From assembly GCA_000934665.2 (NCBI GenBank), contig KZ538083.1:1-64000 (forward strand): a DNA stretch of 64,000 nt, read 5' to 3'. A program made the position numbers and the translations under genes. The notes under the pieces were generated by a model. The model made no database searches and had not been told where the DNA came from. It saw only the letters and a list, made by a program, of their open reading frames with translations. The stretch's first letter is position 1; each line of letters starts with the position of its first letter. Positions 23,701 through 36,628 of this stretch are shown in pieces. Origin of the DNA: Catajapyx aquilonaris (taxonomy: Eukaryota).

Positions 23701-26006
23701 GCAAGCGCAGATGGAAGCATTTTACCACCCGTACTTTGCATAAAGTATTACAATAAGGTTCAGATTTTTGCCTTCAATGAGAGTTACATCATTGACAGCA
23801 AACTTAAGAGCAGTAAGTCACATTTTTTTCCCCATCAGTGTTTGTAACCTGAGTAATTTATGTGGTGCTGTACATTTCACATCCATTAGTCACAGGTTAC
23901 ATTTTTGGTGAAATGTTTATAGCAGAGTTGCTTTGTTCTGCATAAATTGTCCATACTGAACAAGCTTCCTTTATGTGTGATTGAAATACATTTAAAATCC
24001 TCCTGGGACCAAACGAAAGTTCCATAGATGGCAATTAAGTGTCTGTTACATACAAGTTTCTTTCTATTACAGGATGCCTGAACTTGAGCCCTCTGAATGG
24101 GTCATTACCATTCTCAAGCAAGAAGTTCTTTAAACAGAACCACTTTAAAATGCCATTCACCTCTCTCCTTGAAGCGGACTTGAGATTTACTATCAAAACT
24201 GTCAGTCTTCATGACGTAGCTTCCTCCAAGACACCTGATTGCTACAGGTTTGATGTTCAGGTGAGTTCCATTGATCCTTGGAGGAAATACAGTGGTGATA
24301 ACACTCTAAGGGCCAATTATATCAGCACAAAGTGAGGAAAACCTACATTTATGTGTAAAATATTTTTGCCTTCATTTGGCTTGATTCAACTTGGCGTAAT
24401 ATGCTTTTTGCCTTTGAAGTGTAAACCACTCACTTTCTTCAAGGTTAACATTTTGACTGGTCATAACTGTTGTCCTAACAGCTGCTTTTTTCTGTAGCTG
24501 TTGTTTGACAACAGTGACTATGACGGGCAAATGCTGGTGAGCTTGGACGCAGATGCAAAGCAACTGTTTTGCAAAGGCGACACGGAGTACATAGATGACA
24601 CAAAGTATCAGTCAGCCGTCACGTCCTCGGTGAACATTCTAGTCATCCTGAACTGCATCATCTCGCTCCTGCTGTGCTGCAGAGCCATCTACAGGGCCCA
24701 GCAGTTGAAGTGGGAAACGGTCCAGTTCTTTAAGCTCAACTTCAACAAGTCTCTCTCCGTGAATGACCGCTTGGAGTTCCTCAACATGTGGTATGTCATG
24801 ATGATTGTGGATGACATTCTGATCGTAGTGGGATCAGCTGTGAAGGAAAAGATCGAGCGAAGATTGTCCATGGGGGACTCTTGGAACATGTGCAGTGTGT
24901 TGCTGGGAGTTGGAAACCTGCTGGTTTGGTTTGGGGTCCTCAGGTATCTTGGGTTCTTCAAGACTTACAATGTGAGTATAATTAGTAAAGGACAGTCTGA
25001 GTAGCTTCCTGAAGCTCGAAATTTGAATAATTCATGGAATATTTTTCTTCTCAGGTATTGATACTGACTTTGAAGCGCTCAATTCCGAATGTGGCCCGTT
25101 TCCTTTTGTGCGGCATCTTGATCTACCTTGGATTTGTATTCTGTGGATGGCTCATCCTCAGTCCCTATCACATCAAATTCCGCACCTTGGCTTCCACTTC
25201 TGAGTGCCTCTTTTCGCTCACCAACGGAGACGACATGTTTGCCACCTTTGCTGGCCTGGCTGCAAAGTCTTCCCTCTTGTGGTGGTTCACCAGGATCTAC
25301 CTGTATTCCTTCATCAGCCTCTTCATATACGTTGTACTGAGTCTCTTCATTGCTCTCATCATGGATGCCTACGAAACCATCAAGGTGAGCAGGGACCATC
25401 TCACTTGCTGCTTATTAAAATGACATAATAATCAGGGATAAAATTCTTGGCCAGTAGGGGAGAGTAGGGCAAAAGTATGCCATCTAGCCCTGGTCTCCCC
25501 TACTCTTCTCTTAATATTTTCATATTTAAAATGCATGTTTTTTTGGTTAGTGTTGTAAAAATAATTATTTTTTGTTAGTAATTTTTGGAGTGTAAAAATC
25601 CCTCTCCCCAAGACTTACAAGCTGACCCAATCTTGGGTGACACAAAAAAGAAAAGAAATAAAGGACGTTACAGTGCAGTGAACATTAGACCAATCAATGT
25701 TTTGAAAATAAACCATATCTTTCCAGCAATATTATGTGGACGGCTTCCCAACTAGCACACTCCATGAATTCATAGCAGAGTTCCCCATCCCTGCAAATAG
25801 TGGCTATTTCCGATCAAACCGGAGATCGACATTCAGATTCCTCATGGACAAGATCAAGTTCACACTGTGTCCAAAGAAGTAAGAACTTTCATCATCACAT
25901 TATTTTCAGATTGACTAAATTGGGCATATGAATTAACCTGTTCATAATTTCTTTTTCTAGGCAAATTGTGGCAGACCATGAGGAGGTTGAACCGCTTGTT
26001 GCTTAA
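20743..26006 (+). CDS. trpml: Mucolipin / TRPML lysosomal cation channel, 8 exons
   Basis: Exons 20743 (or 20794)-20989, 23074-23537, 23660-23812, 24073-24260, 24499-24971, 25055-25384, 25727-25878, 25961-26006. Motifs [26 protein letters not shown], pore [33 protein letters not shown]. Exon 1 is less certain. Confidence 0.93.
25454..25503. mobile_element. Collapsed MITE remnant (~50 bp)
   Basis: GTAGGGGAGAGTAGGGC ... GCCCTGGTCTCCCCTAC imperfect inverted ends. Confidence 0.45.
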
Positions 26007-26712
26007 CTCTAAGTCATCTTGAAGACTGGTCATTTATTTTTACTTTACTTGGTCTGGCATTTATGATTTAGCTATTGACTTTAGTTTTAATTGCATAATT
26101 GCCCCCACATCTTGTGATTATACATATGACAGTATTTTTTATTGTGAAAGGCAAGGTGAGCTATCTTCCAGAAAAAAAAAGAAAAATTCATTATTCACAA
26201 AATTGCTAATCAGGCAGTGTTGCAAACTGGTAATCTCATGCCAGAGTGTTGGCAGTATTTTGTGGCAGTCTTAGGTTTAATTTATTTTTAGTCACTCTAA
26301 ATGTAGGGAATATTACTGACAACATTGTTTACCAAATCTCAAGAACCCTTGGTGTTTTAAATGGCTAAGTTTGCAATATTGCAAATATATACATTCCTTA
26401 AAGAGGCAGCAGTAAATACCACATAGTACTTCTTGCCAATTTTAAGTTGACATCACATAATTTTAAGGCTTTGTTATAACATGTACATAAATGTATTTAC
26501 CAAATATTTTACACCCATATCAACAACTGGAATGGGAAATAAATAACCAAAAGTGTAATGACTGAAATTTCATTTACTTGGAACTCAATGTGACAGTAAC
26601 GTATATACAAGTGTGTGCATCAGAGATTTCATCAAGTTATTCTATACATCATCACCGAGAAATGGCATGCACGTGGACAAAATTCTGATTGAAAATGGAA
26701 GTGAGGTGAAAA

Positions 26713-28755
26713 TCAGGAAGAATTCGTTTGACTGAGCTTGGTCACAGTGTAATAGAGGGCAAAAAATACTCCAACAACCAGGAGCATGGTGTAGCACATG
26801 AAGCGCCTGTTGCTTCGTCCAGAGGAAGAAACTCCATGGATTCGGTTCAAGGTGCTGCTGAGAAGCCCCTGGTTGGATGAGAAGTTGGCATCCACATCGT
26901 CCAAGAGTCGGTTGTGCTCATGAGTTTCATGCTCTATGTCGAATGCAAGCTAAAGAAAGGGTTTCAGGAGTCTTCAGAATAATTATTTTACATTGCTTTT
27001 GTTCATATGGCTACAAAATAGCAGGATCAGCCTAAATGTGCGTTTACATGTGAGCGATTTGACGAGCCAAGCGGAGCGAAGTCGTCGCCGAGAGAATTAA
27101 CCAATATTGCTTGAGGTGAAAGTAACAATCAATTTTCGCCTCCAACAATACTGGTTTTGGGTTACTCAGTGTTGTTATTGCTCGGCGATCAAATCGCTCA
27201 CATGTAAACGCTGCTTAACTTATAAAAACGGGTGATGACCAGAACAATTCGTTCCTAACTTATTAAAAATAACAGCCACTAATTTTTATTTGTGTGCAAA
27301 TTTGACATACAGGGTCATTCTGCCAACAGCAAATAAACGCCCCATTTTCAGCCCCTTAGATTCAATAAGTCAAGAGTTACTGTAGGCCTTGGTCAGAATT
27401 GATGGAAATGACAAACATGGCCTCTGTGCTGTACACCTCCATTTCATCTTAGAAACTTTTGCAGTTATCAATATTGTAATTCCTGAGTATTACTCTATCC
27501 ACTATCCCATTTACAGAGGGCCAGATTTTCTGTCATCACACTTGCACATAAACAAGGGCACCTCTTCACCTTCGATTATCTTGAAACTGGTCTTTTGAAC
27601 TAACAGTATCTCTCCCCTCTGCTGACAATATGACACTGCACATGGACACAAGTTAGAGAACAAAGAGATGTTTTTATGCTGCTAATATGCGAAGTGAAAT
27701 AAGAACACACATTAGGAGCCCTTCTACTGCCAACCAATTAATGGCCAAAACTGTGCATGATTTGGAATCCAAGTAATATATGCGGAAATCATTCCAGTGT
27801 CCAGGGCAGCCCCCTGTCACTCCTACGATACAGTAGCCCCACAGGAATCTACTGCTGCCAGCCACCCGAATCCTAGTCTGCAAATGCCCTCCGAGGAAAG
27901 GATGGTTTGGGTTGGTTTTGAAGGTGGCCAACACAAACTGACCCCCCAGTAGATTCCTGTAGTGGGGGGGTTCCAGCACCAAATTCCCTGCATGGCGGAG
28001 ACTTTTATATTAAACTACCATCAACACAGGGCTAGGCTGGAAGAGACGGGGGGCTGGTCCAGGGCATAAAGAAATTTTGGAAGATAGTGAACTGGTAGCT
28101 AATATTCTGCATATTGAGTACAGTTAAAATTGCCAATGGGTGTCAACAGAAAAAACTCCTCTGGTCACTGTATCTCAGAGCTGAACAAATTTTTGGAGAA
28201 CTGGGCAGAATTGACACACCATCACTTCACAGCAAGGACCCAAGATTGCCTGAAGCCACTGAAGGAACATTTCCCCAATGGAATTGTAATCACCTAGTAG
28301 ACAGATCTGACTTCTCACTAGAGTTGCCAGTGTGTGAAGGTTTAAACGTGAAGCTTGCAATCCAAAGTCAGAAATACTGAATGAAGACTGTTGCTTCTTT
28401 GGTGCCAACAGTGTCACAAAATCAGATGAGGCTACAAATATCGGCTGCAATTAGCCCCATGCCAACTGGGGCAATTTCCTCAGGGCTGTGCAAGTGCACC
28501 TTCAGTTCATGTTAATGCAAATCCTGTGCCCAACTCACCGACTTCAACCTGGAGACCTTATGCTTGAGCTCATCGGCCATCTGCCTGTTCTGCGAATCCA
28601 GCACATCCTCGTCAGTCTCTCGACCTGAGGAAGAACGCACATCTGAAGACATGATCTCCTCCAACCCTCTACAATGCTCCTCGTTTTTCTACTACCCCCA
28701 AAACCCACTTTTCCCATCCTGACCCTGACAACTCACCCCTCTTGCGCTCCGCCAT
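26713..28755 (-). CDS. BET1L: Golgi Qc-SNARE BET1-like (GS15)
   Basis: Exons 28755-28737, 28624-28539, 26949-26713: MAERKRGRETDEDVLDSQNRQMADELKHKVSRLKSLAFDIEHETHEHNRLLDDV... followed by a C-terminal TM anchor. Confidence 0.88.
27036..27215. mobile_element. PIF/Harbinger-type MITE in BET1L intron 2
   Basis: TIR core GCGTTTACATGTGAGCGATTTGA / TCAAATCGCTCACATGTAAACGC, flanked by TAA on both sides. Confidence 0.75.
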
Positions 28756-29362
28756 TTTGACCGCTAGTGTTGCCCGATCCGTAAAACAAACGCCAATAAT
28801 TCACTAATCAAATTTTGACAAACACATTGCAGGCGGTGCTCTAATTTTACTGGAAAATAATGAAAATTAAGATGCTGCGAAGGAAAAGGCTTATTTAGGT
28901 AGCTAATAAAGTAGCTGCTAGTGTAGACGCGATCGCCACATTTGTACACATTTGTATAGTGAAGCTACTACTAGACAGCAGAAGTTTGACTGCTAATTAG
29001 TAATTAGTTTTAGCGCATATTGCAATAGTAATTACCCGAGTGCGAATAGATATACCCGGCTTTACCCTACCAAGCCATGAACGTTATTATAGCAGCTGTT
29101 TGTAGCCGTGATTCCACTTGCTATGCTTCTTCCGGCCCCCCCTTTTTAATGGCACCTAACCATTATGTACATTTTTTTTTTTGCTTCCTGGAGAGTGACC
29201 CAAGATGGGAGCGAAACTAATCGACAGCTAGCGGTCACTTCCCTTGTTGCTTCTACTGGAGGGCCTTCCACGGATATGGACGCGGCTGGAAGGCAAGGGA
29301 AAGGCAAGGTTCAGCGCTGTGGAGGCATGATGCAGTGAGGCGTTTTTGGGGGTGTTCCGAAG

Positions 29363-32300
29363 ATGGGTTCTGCCTGCAAGAACTGTCTTCTGGCCTGGAC
29401 CTGGGTGGTTCTGGTGTGGTTGGCTGCGGCTGAGTCGAACAGGACTGATGACCTGTTTGTTGGGGTGCGGGTTGGGGAGGAGGATGGCCTGATGGAGCAG
29501 GTGGAGGTGGAGGCGCTGGGAGGGGTCTTCCTGAGAGAGGCTGCCAAGACGGTGGCGTCTCACCTGCGAAGGCTGGGGAACCAGGAGATGGGGTTCACGG
29601 CCATGCAGACCGTGTACGACTCCTTGCCGTTTGCGCCCATGCCCACCAATAATGACAGGAAGGCACAGGAGGTAAAGATTTGGTTTGCGGTAGACTTGGG
29701 AGTACCCTGATATGATTTTGTCATGAGCATCATTCAAAAACTAGCTGTCCCATTGTCTTCATAGAGGCAGTTTGTACAGTGCTGGACATTAATCTGGGGG
29801 TGCCACGAGCAGCTAGTGGCAAAAGAACGAATTGAAGTGATGAATTAGCGACCAATACATCACTTTGATTCCTATTTTGTTGTCAGCAGCTTGTGGCACC
29901 ACCAGTATGACACCATTAATGTACAGCACTGAGGACACTTTGGTCTAAAAGGCTTATGGTAACACTGTGACAGGTGAATGGCCATTTAAATGACAGGACT
30001 TGATTTAAATACTGCTCTGATTCAGTTTCCTCAATGCTATGTGAATAACTCACCTGTCAGTGCTTCCCAAGCTTCGGCGCCCCCAACTGGGGTCATGAAC
30101 TTAATATTTGGGGTCTCAAGGGAGGGTAACAAACTATTTTAACGAAATCATTTTATCTCTCAGGAAAAATTTGCCCATAAACAAGAATATGTCCAGTATA
30201 AATTTATCAATGATTCCATTGACAATGGGGGGGATGGAATTGGAAAGGGGTCGCGAATTTTACAAAACTATTTTCTGGGGTAGCCAATGAAAAAGACTGG
30301 GAAGCACTGGAATAACCCGAATATTTTCGTTCATGAAATTTGACGATGGATTGTGGCATGCTGGCAGTCATTTATAAAAATCATGGTCAAAGGGAGGGAA
30401 ACACCTGTGGCTTCCACTTTTGCATGCATTGTCTAATTGGTTGTGCAGAATTTCTGAAGTTATAAATCATCTCTTGATAGCTGGCAAGTAGGTTAGAGCA
30501 GCGCTTGAAGAAATATGTGGCAGTGCTGAACCGAAGCCGAACTGCAGTTGAGGATCTCTTCTCCATACACTTGAACAAGCCACTAGCAACAACACTGCCG
30601 TGTTACCAGGTTCCAAGCTCAACACTTGTGTAAGTGTTCATTTGAAGGTCATATAATGCAAAAGTGCATTTGACGGATAAGGGACTCGGATAAAACTTGT
30701 GGATTTTACACTTACCTATTCCCTTCTGGTTCTAACAGACACCAAAAACGAGTCACTTGCTGCTGTACCATTTCATTTTACATGTGATCTTAACACTATC
30801 CTTAATGGACCTTTCAGATTCAGCAGCCACTTTGGTACAAAGGTGTCATTGGACCACACGTGTGATGTCATCCCACCCCTTATGGATCTCTTTGCCTTCC
30901 GTCCTGGCCAAAACCTCACCAAAACCTTTGCTGAAAATCTCCGCTCTCATCCAGCTATCAAATGGCAGTACTTCATCTCCAGCGAGGGTGCCCACAGTGA
31001 ATATCCAGCCCACCCATGGTCAGAAGAATCCCGCCATCGTGATGTTTACCTTTCCACTGTTCGACCCCAGAGCAAGCACATAGTAATTGTTGTGGACCGA
31101 GGCAACTCATTGAGCCCTCACCAAGTTGCAGTTTGCAAGGGGATTGCTAAGCATGTGCTGGGGTCACTGGGACCACGCGATAAAGTCGGTGTGTTGGGAC
31201 TAGCAAATGATGTAATTTATGCACCAGGTAGAGGCAGTGGGGAGTGCTTGAGCCACAAGCTAGCCCCTGCGACGCAGGAAACAAGGGCGCACTTCAAGCT
31301 GTTTGTGGACGGAATGTCAAAGAGCACCGAAGGGACAAATCATGCGAGAGGAATTCAGGCTGCATTTGAGTTGATTCGCAACACTGAGGGTGAAGGTGAG
31401 GAGGCACTGGTGGTGTACGTCAGCAGAGGGCTGTTGTCATCACTCACTGAGGCAAAGGTGGTAATGCAGGCTGTGGCAGACGAAGCCAACAAGACCATGA
31501 CAAGTGTGGTTATCAACACATATGTTGCCATTGATGGTGAGTTATCCTTTTCACTGGTACAATAGACTTACTACTGTAGTTGCTACTACGAAACCACCAA
31601 CTTTCTTGGCTGCTTTCAATTCTTGATCCAGCATTTTTCATTATGTATTTCATAAAAGAATAATGCTGGGGTGTGAGGTTCCTCAGAGGTGACTTATCAA
31701 AATTATTGATTTAGTGCATCATGCTCTTCTTGCTTGCTCTGTTTGAATCAAATGTACGTGGCTGACCAAATGTGCGAGTACTTTCCCTGGAAATGCAGAT
31801 TGATGCCATTACTTACACAGATTTTATGCACATAGTGGAAACTTTGCGAAAAATTCAATTTTCTATATAACACTTCTGATCTCTTCCACAGATGCTAAGC
31901 CCGTCATGTACGAGAAACACTTCCTGCAAGACCTGGCACACCAGAGCTACACAAAGTACAATGTGACCCCACCTGCCGTAGTCCGTCCAGGCCTGGCAAT
32001 GGCTGTCAACTCCACACAGGATCTGGAATTTACTGTAGGACAGTTCTACTCTGTCTTGCAGCACCCAGGACCAGCTCAAGAGCAAAAAAAGGGTCCAACC
32101 TTCTCCCTTCCTCGATGGGATGCAGTTGGAAAAGGTGCTGTTGTCAGCATCTCACAACCTTGCTTCCATGTGGATCATTTACTGGGAGTGGTTGGCATCG
32201 ACTTGCATTTGGCAGATATAGCCCAGGACTTTACATACTTCAATCGCTATGCTGATGCACGTGCTTTCTTGTTGGATGCGTCTGGAGTTGCGGTGATGCA

Positions 32301-35207
32301 TCCATCATTTTCACGCCCTTCATTTGTCCCTCAACCTCCAACACACACAGACATTGCATACCTAGAACATGGGATTGGCACAATACGGACAGCTATGCTA
32401 AGTGATTCAAGTGGAAATCACACTATGGGAAACATGACATATTCCTGGAGACATGCACCACCGTATGTAGCAGTGATTGCCAGCTCAACTGCACAGCTAC
32501 ATGGAATGAAGCGTGTTGGCTTAACGCCACCAAGTGGTATGCTTTTGTACCACCGTTTAGATCTACAGGCAGGTGCCACGAAAGCACGATTTTGTCGTCA
32601 CTTCAGGCAAACTGCGAGCACAGATGCTGCATCATTGTTCTTATCTCCATCTGCATTTATGAGTCCATTTGATGCGCTAACTCATGAAGAAATGACATTA
32701 GCAAATGTTCAAAGCTACATGGCATATATTGGTGATAACACCAAACTTATTGCCAATCCTGGTCTGAAAGCAGGAGTGCGTAGTGAAGTACGTGCATTAA
32801 GCCGTGTTGTTGCTGACTGGCGTCGACAATTCTTACAGAGTGGACTGGCCAAGTACATTGTGCGTCGGTTTGTTGCGACACCGAGTGGCACCTTTGTTTC
32901 ATTTCCAGCATCACGTGTTGAGCACCATTATGATGCCACAAGACGCCCCTGGTACCTTCGTGCTTTGGAACATCCTGGAAAGGTGGTACTTACACCACCA
33001 TACTTAGATTCTGGGGGTGCTGGCTACATTGTAACAGCAAGCCATGCAGTGTATGAAGGTCGCTCAGTGTCTCTTCACAGCTCACGTGATGCAGTTGTTG
33101 CAGTAGTTGCTGTTGACCTAACTTTAGGCTACATGTACAAAGCAGTGCGTGATGCAATGCCATCCTGTGGGAGGGACAAGCTGAAGTGCTTCTTACTAGA
33201 TGAAATGGGGTACTTAGTGACTCATCCAAGCCTGAATGAAGCTGTTCTATCTGGTGTGCGCAACGGGGCACCAACTCCGGTTGAGCAACAACATGTGACT
33301 CATCGGGAGCCACTTGTTGCCAATGACATCCTGAACCACCGAGGTTTTGTGCAGAAGAGCCTGTGTAACAGCTTTCCAGACCGCACTGTGCAAAGATACT
33401 ACCGGTTCAACATCAGCTTCACGAAGGAAGGTGGAGGTGTCATCACAAATTTGGTCCATGGGGAGCAGTGTAGCAGATACCAGGTGACACCAGTTCCAGG
33501 AAGCAACGTCTTTCTTGCTGCAGTCAATGAAACTTGCGACACTGTCACAACATTTTGTCCGTGCAGCATGGTAAGTTATACAGCATTGTTGTGTGACATC
33601 TGGTGTAAATAATGTTTTTTTCTTATGCTAACTATTATAATATTTGCTTCCTCAGGTTGATCGCCTGTGCTTGAACTGCCATCGCATGGAACAGAGTGAG
33701 TGTGAGTGCCCCTGCGAATGCCCACTTCAACTGGATCTCTGTGATGGAGGTCTCCTGGACTCGGAGGGAGCCAATCCAACATGCTCTTACTTCCCGGAGC
33801 AGCCACCACATGTAGCTCTTCCTGATGCTATGGGTGTGGCTGAACATCAGGGAGACCTTCAGTTTCTACCGCCATGTTTTCCCATCAACTGTGCTGCACT
33901 TGAATCTGAATCGTAAGTTGTGCCACAACTAGTGCAGGTTCTCGGGGAAATTTAGTAGAAAAGTAATGTTAGAGAATGACATGGGAAAGAAAATTTTGTA
34001 ACATATTTTTCATTAATGCAAAATATGACCATTAGGCCAAATGTGAAATACTGGGCATTCACCTTTTCTGGAACTGCCTGGTCTTGAGATATGTTAGACA
34101 ATCTTTTGTACTTAACACCTGCTTCCATTTTTTCAGGGAATGCTTTGGAGTCATGGGCTGTGAGTGGTGTACCCTTGACCTTGGTGGTGACACTCCTCTA
34201 ACATCACCATTCTGCACTGACCAGTCAAAGTGCTTTGGAGGTGTGCTGGGTGCTCCTTCTCCATATCATCCCTCTCCTCCTGACCCACTCCCATCTGAGG
34301 AGTACCTGTCATTCAAATCAACCCCAGTAGGCCCTGTTGCTGGTGGAACTATGGTGTTCTTTCTGGTCCTCGCCTTGATGGTGTACTGCTACCGTCATCA
34401 TGTCCATCAGAGGGGTGTGGGATCATCATGTGATTCATCTAGAGGCTATCTGGCTACCCTTCCTGGTGGAGGGGGAAATGCATCAGGGGTGCGGATGTCA
34501 CAGCTTGATAACGAGGGAGATGGGGACAGCCACTATGAGGATTTGTCACCTGCAATGGCTGCAGGTCACCACAACGTGGGTGGGGATGAGGAAGAAGATG
34601 ACCAAGCACCACTGGCAGTGTCACCATATAGGGTCAGCACAGGTTACCGGCGGCCTGCTGGGGGTGACTCAGATCATGGGTAGGTAAAAGGGCAGAAAAT
34701 GGATGAGAATTACTTAGTCCAGTTCTTCTCAGGATGGCCATGAACTGATGAAAAATTTAATTCATTATTGAATGTTTAGCAGTGAATGAAAAGTTCCTTA
34801 TTGGGAGATCTTTTGCTTTGAGAAACACTGCTTAAAATGTCCAGCATAAAATTATTTGGCCATCAGTCTTTGCCAATTGTTCCTGTGAGGTTTTGCAGGT
34901 ACTTTTGTTTAACCTGAAGAGATGTTGAATGATACGATACAATAAAATATTGCTTGCTGACAGGTATTCAACCATGACACCACACGAGGACTCGGAGCAC
35001 TTGCCTTACTTTGAGCCACTTCTAATGGCAAGCCCGAGGGGGTCTAGCTCCAGATCTGAGACCGAAGAGAGTCCAGCAAGGGATTGGGGAAGAAGGAACG
35101 TGAGTCGTGGTGGGGCCGAAGGAGCCAGCGGAGAGGACCAGACAGTGCTCCCAGACCAGCATCATGTTCTAGCACCAGTCACAGTGCACATGATGGATGT
35201 CAGCTAA
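29363..35207 (+). CDS. CACHD1: VWFA and cache domain-containing protein 1 (alpha2-delta-like)
   Basis: Exons ~29363-29671, 30481-30628, 30819-31536, 31892-33570, 33656-33912, 34137-34680, 34964-35207. Signal peptide, IKWQYF, VWA (IVIVVDRGNSLS), cache (YDATRRPWY, PPYLDSGGAGYIVT), Cys-rich CECPCECP, TM, tail DSDHGYSTM. Confidence 0.93.
29777..29931. mobile_element. MITE in CACHD1 intron 1
   Basis: TIR CAGTGCTGGACATTAAT / ATTAATGTACAGCACTG with inner GTGCCACGAGC / GCTTGTGGCAC. Confidence 0.6.
30058..30309. mobile_element. hAT (Charlie-like) MITE, same family as 57173-57406
   Basis: TIR CAGTGCTTCCCA / TGGGAAGCACTG; shares GGGAGGGTAACAAA and GGGGTCGC.AATTTTACAA.ACTATTTT with the second copy. Confidence 0.75.
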
Positions 35208-36628
35208 CCCGGTGGTTGGAAGTCAAGCCAAACCCTCTGCGATAAGTTCAACCAATTATGCAAAATTTCGGCTGTAAATACGTACAATGCTATACGTTGA
35301 TACCTTTCAATAGAAGTGTTGCGTCTCATACATGTTGGGAGAATACAAACGATGCAGTTTTGACATGTGTGAAATGTAAAAATAGTTCTACATTGAAGGA
35401 ATTTAGAAATTTCAGTAAAACCAATTAACACTGCTTTTATTCAGAGGTATCGGTATGTCTTAGGTGTGAAACAGCGTTGTTACAGTATTTATGTTGTGGC
35501 CATGTGATACAGTGTTGGTTTTGCCCCAACTATGGAATTTAAAGACCGTTTTACATTGCTAAGAAGCAGTCCTCATTGTGACTGATAATGTATATTGTTA
35601 ATTCCACTTCTTGTCACTTTCAAGCTCCTTTCTATACTTGTGCAAGCACATTTTAATTGTTGTCCTTGCCAGTCCTTTCCTACGACAAAACTGCATTTTG
35701 ACAGTGTAATCGCTCAATGTGAATCACGCGGCATTTGTTTCATATTTATACATAATTCACATTAAAGTTGTGTGAGTGTGCATGAGCGAGTACAGAGACA
35801 CAATAATGACTCAGTGAAACTACCAGATGTTGTACAAATTTGTCATTTTTTTTTTGTGTGCGTTTTGTACTTTTGCAATAACAATCTCCCTCTCAGGTCT
35901 GTGTAGATCTATTAGAGGTTTTTAAAAAAGTGCTGTACATTATACCAGTGTGACTTTTCTTCACGTTTGCCACAAGTGTCTGCTTTTATGTACCTTATGC
36001 ACGTGGCTGGACCTGACGTAACTCACGATCAAAAAGTGCCATGCCTCGAGGCTTCCAATTCTAAGTGGTTGAGTGTATGTTGAGCACGATCATGTTGTCA
36101 TTTGATATTAATCCCCAAGTAGGGTTTGATGCATTTTTACTTTTACTAATTATTTAACGCGATCAGTGCTGTCTCGCTGGAGGAATATTTATCAATCACA
36201 TGCAATTTGGCATGGATTTAGGTGACATCCCGACTCTGCATTGCCTTACACGTCACTACCGATAGGCTGCTAGAATCGGCGCATCGTCTCGCTCCGTAGA
36301 TATACATTACGTAAAAAATTTTATATTGTGTTCCTTCGTTACTGTTGTATAATGGCAGTAAACTTACATTTTGTAACCCCCTGCGTTTTTATTTCATCAT
36401 ATCACAAGTCCACTTCATTTTCTTGTCAGTTATGTAGTGATGCAGTTTTTTGAAATACCCGCGCCTGTTGTGACGTCACCCGAATAGTTCCCGAAGTCCC
36501 CGCCTTTTTCTTCAGCGCCGCCCACTTGTTGCTAGTCCGGATTCCTATCAGACGCCCAGAGGCCGTCGGACTATCCTGACGTCTCATCTCTGGCTCTCCA
36601 TCACTGATCGCCTCAACCATTGTCCACC

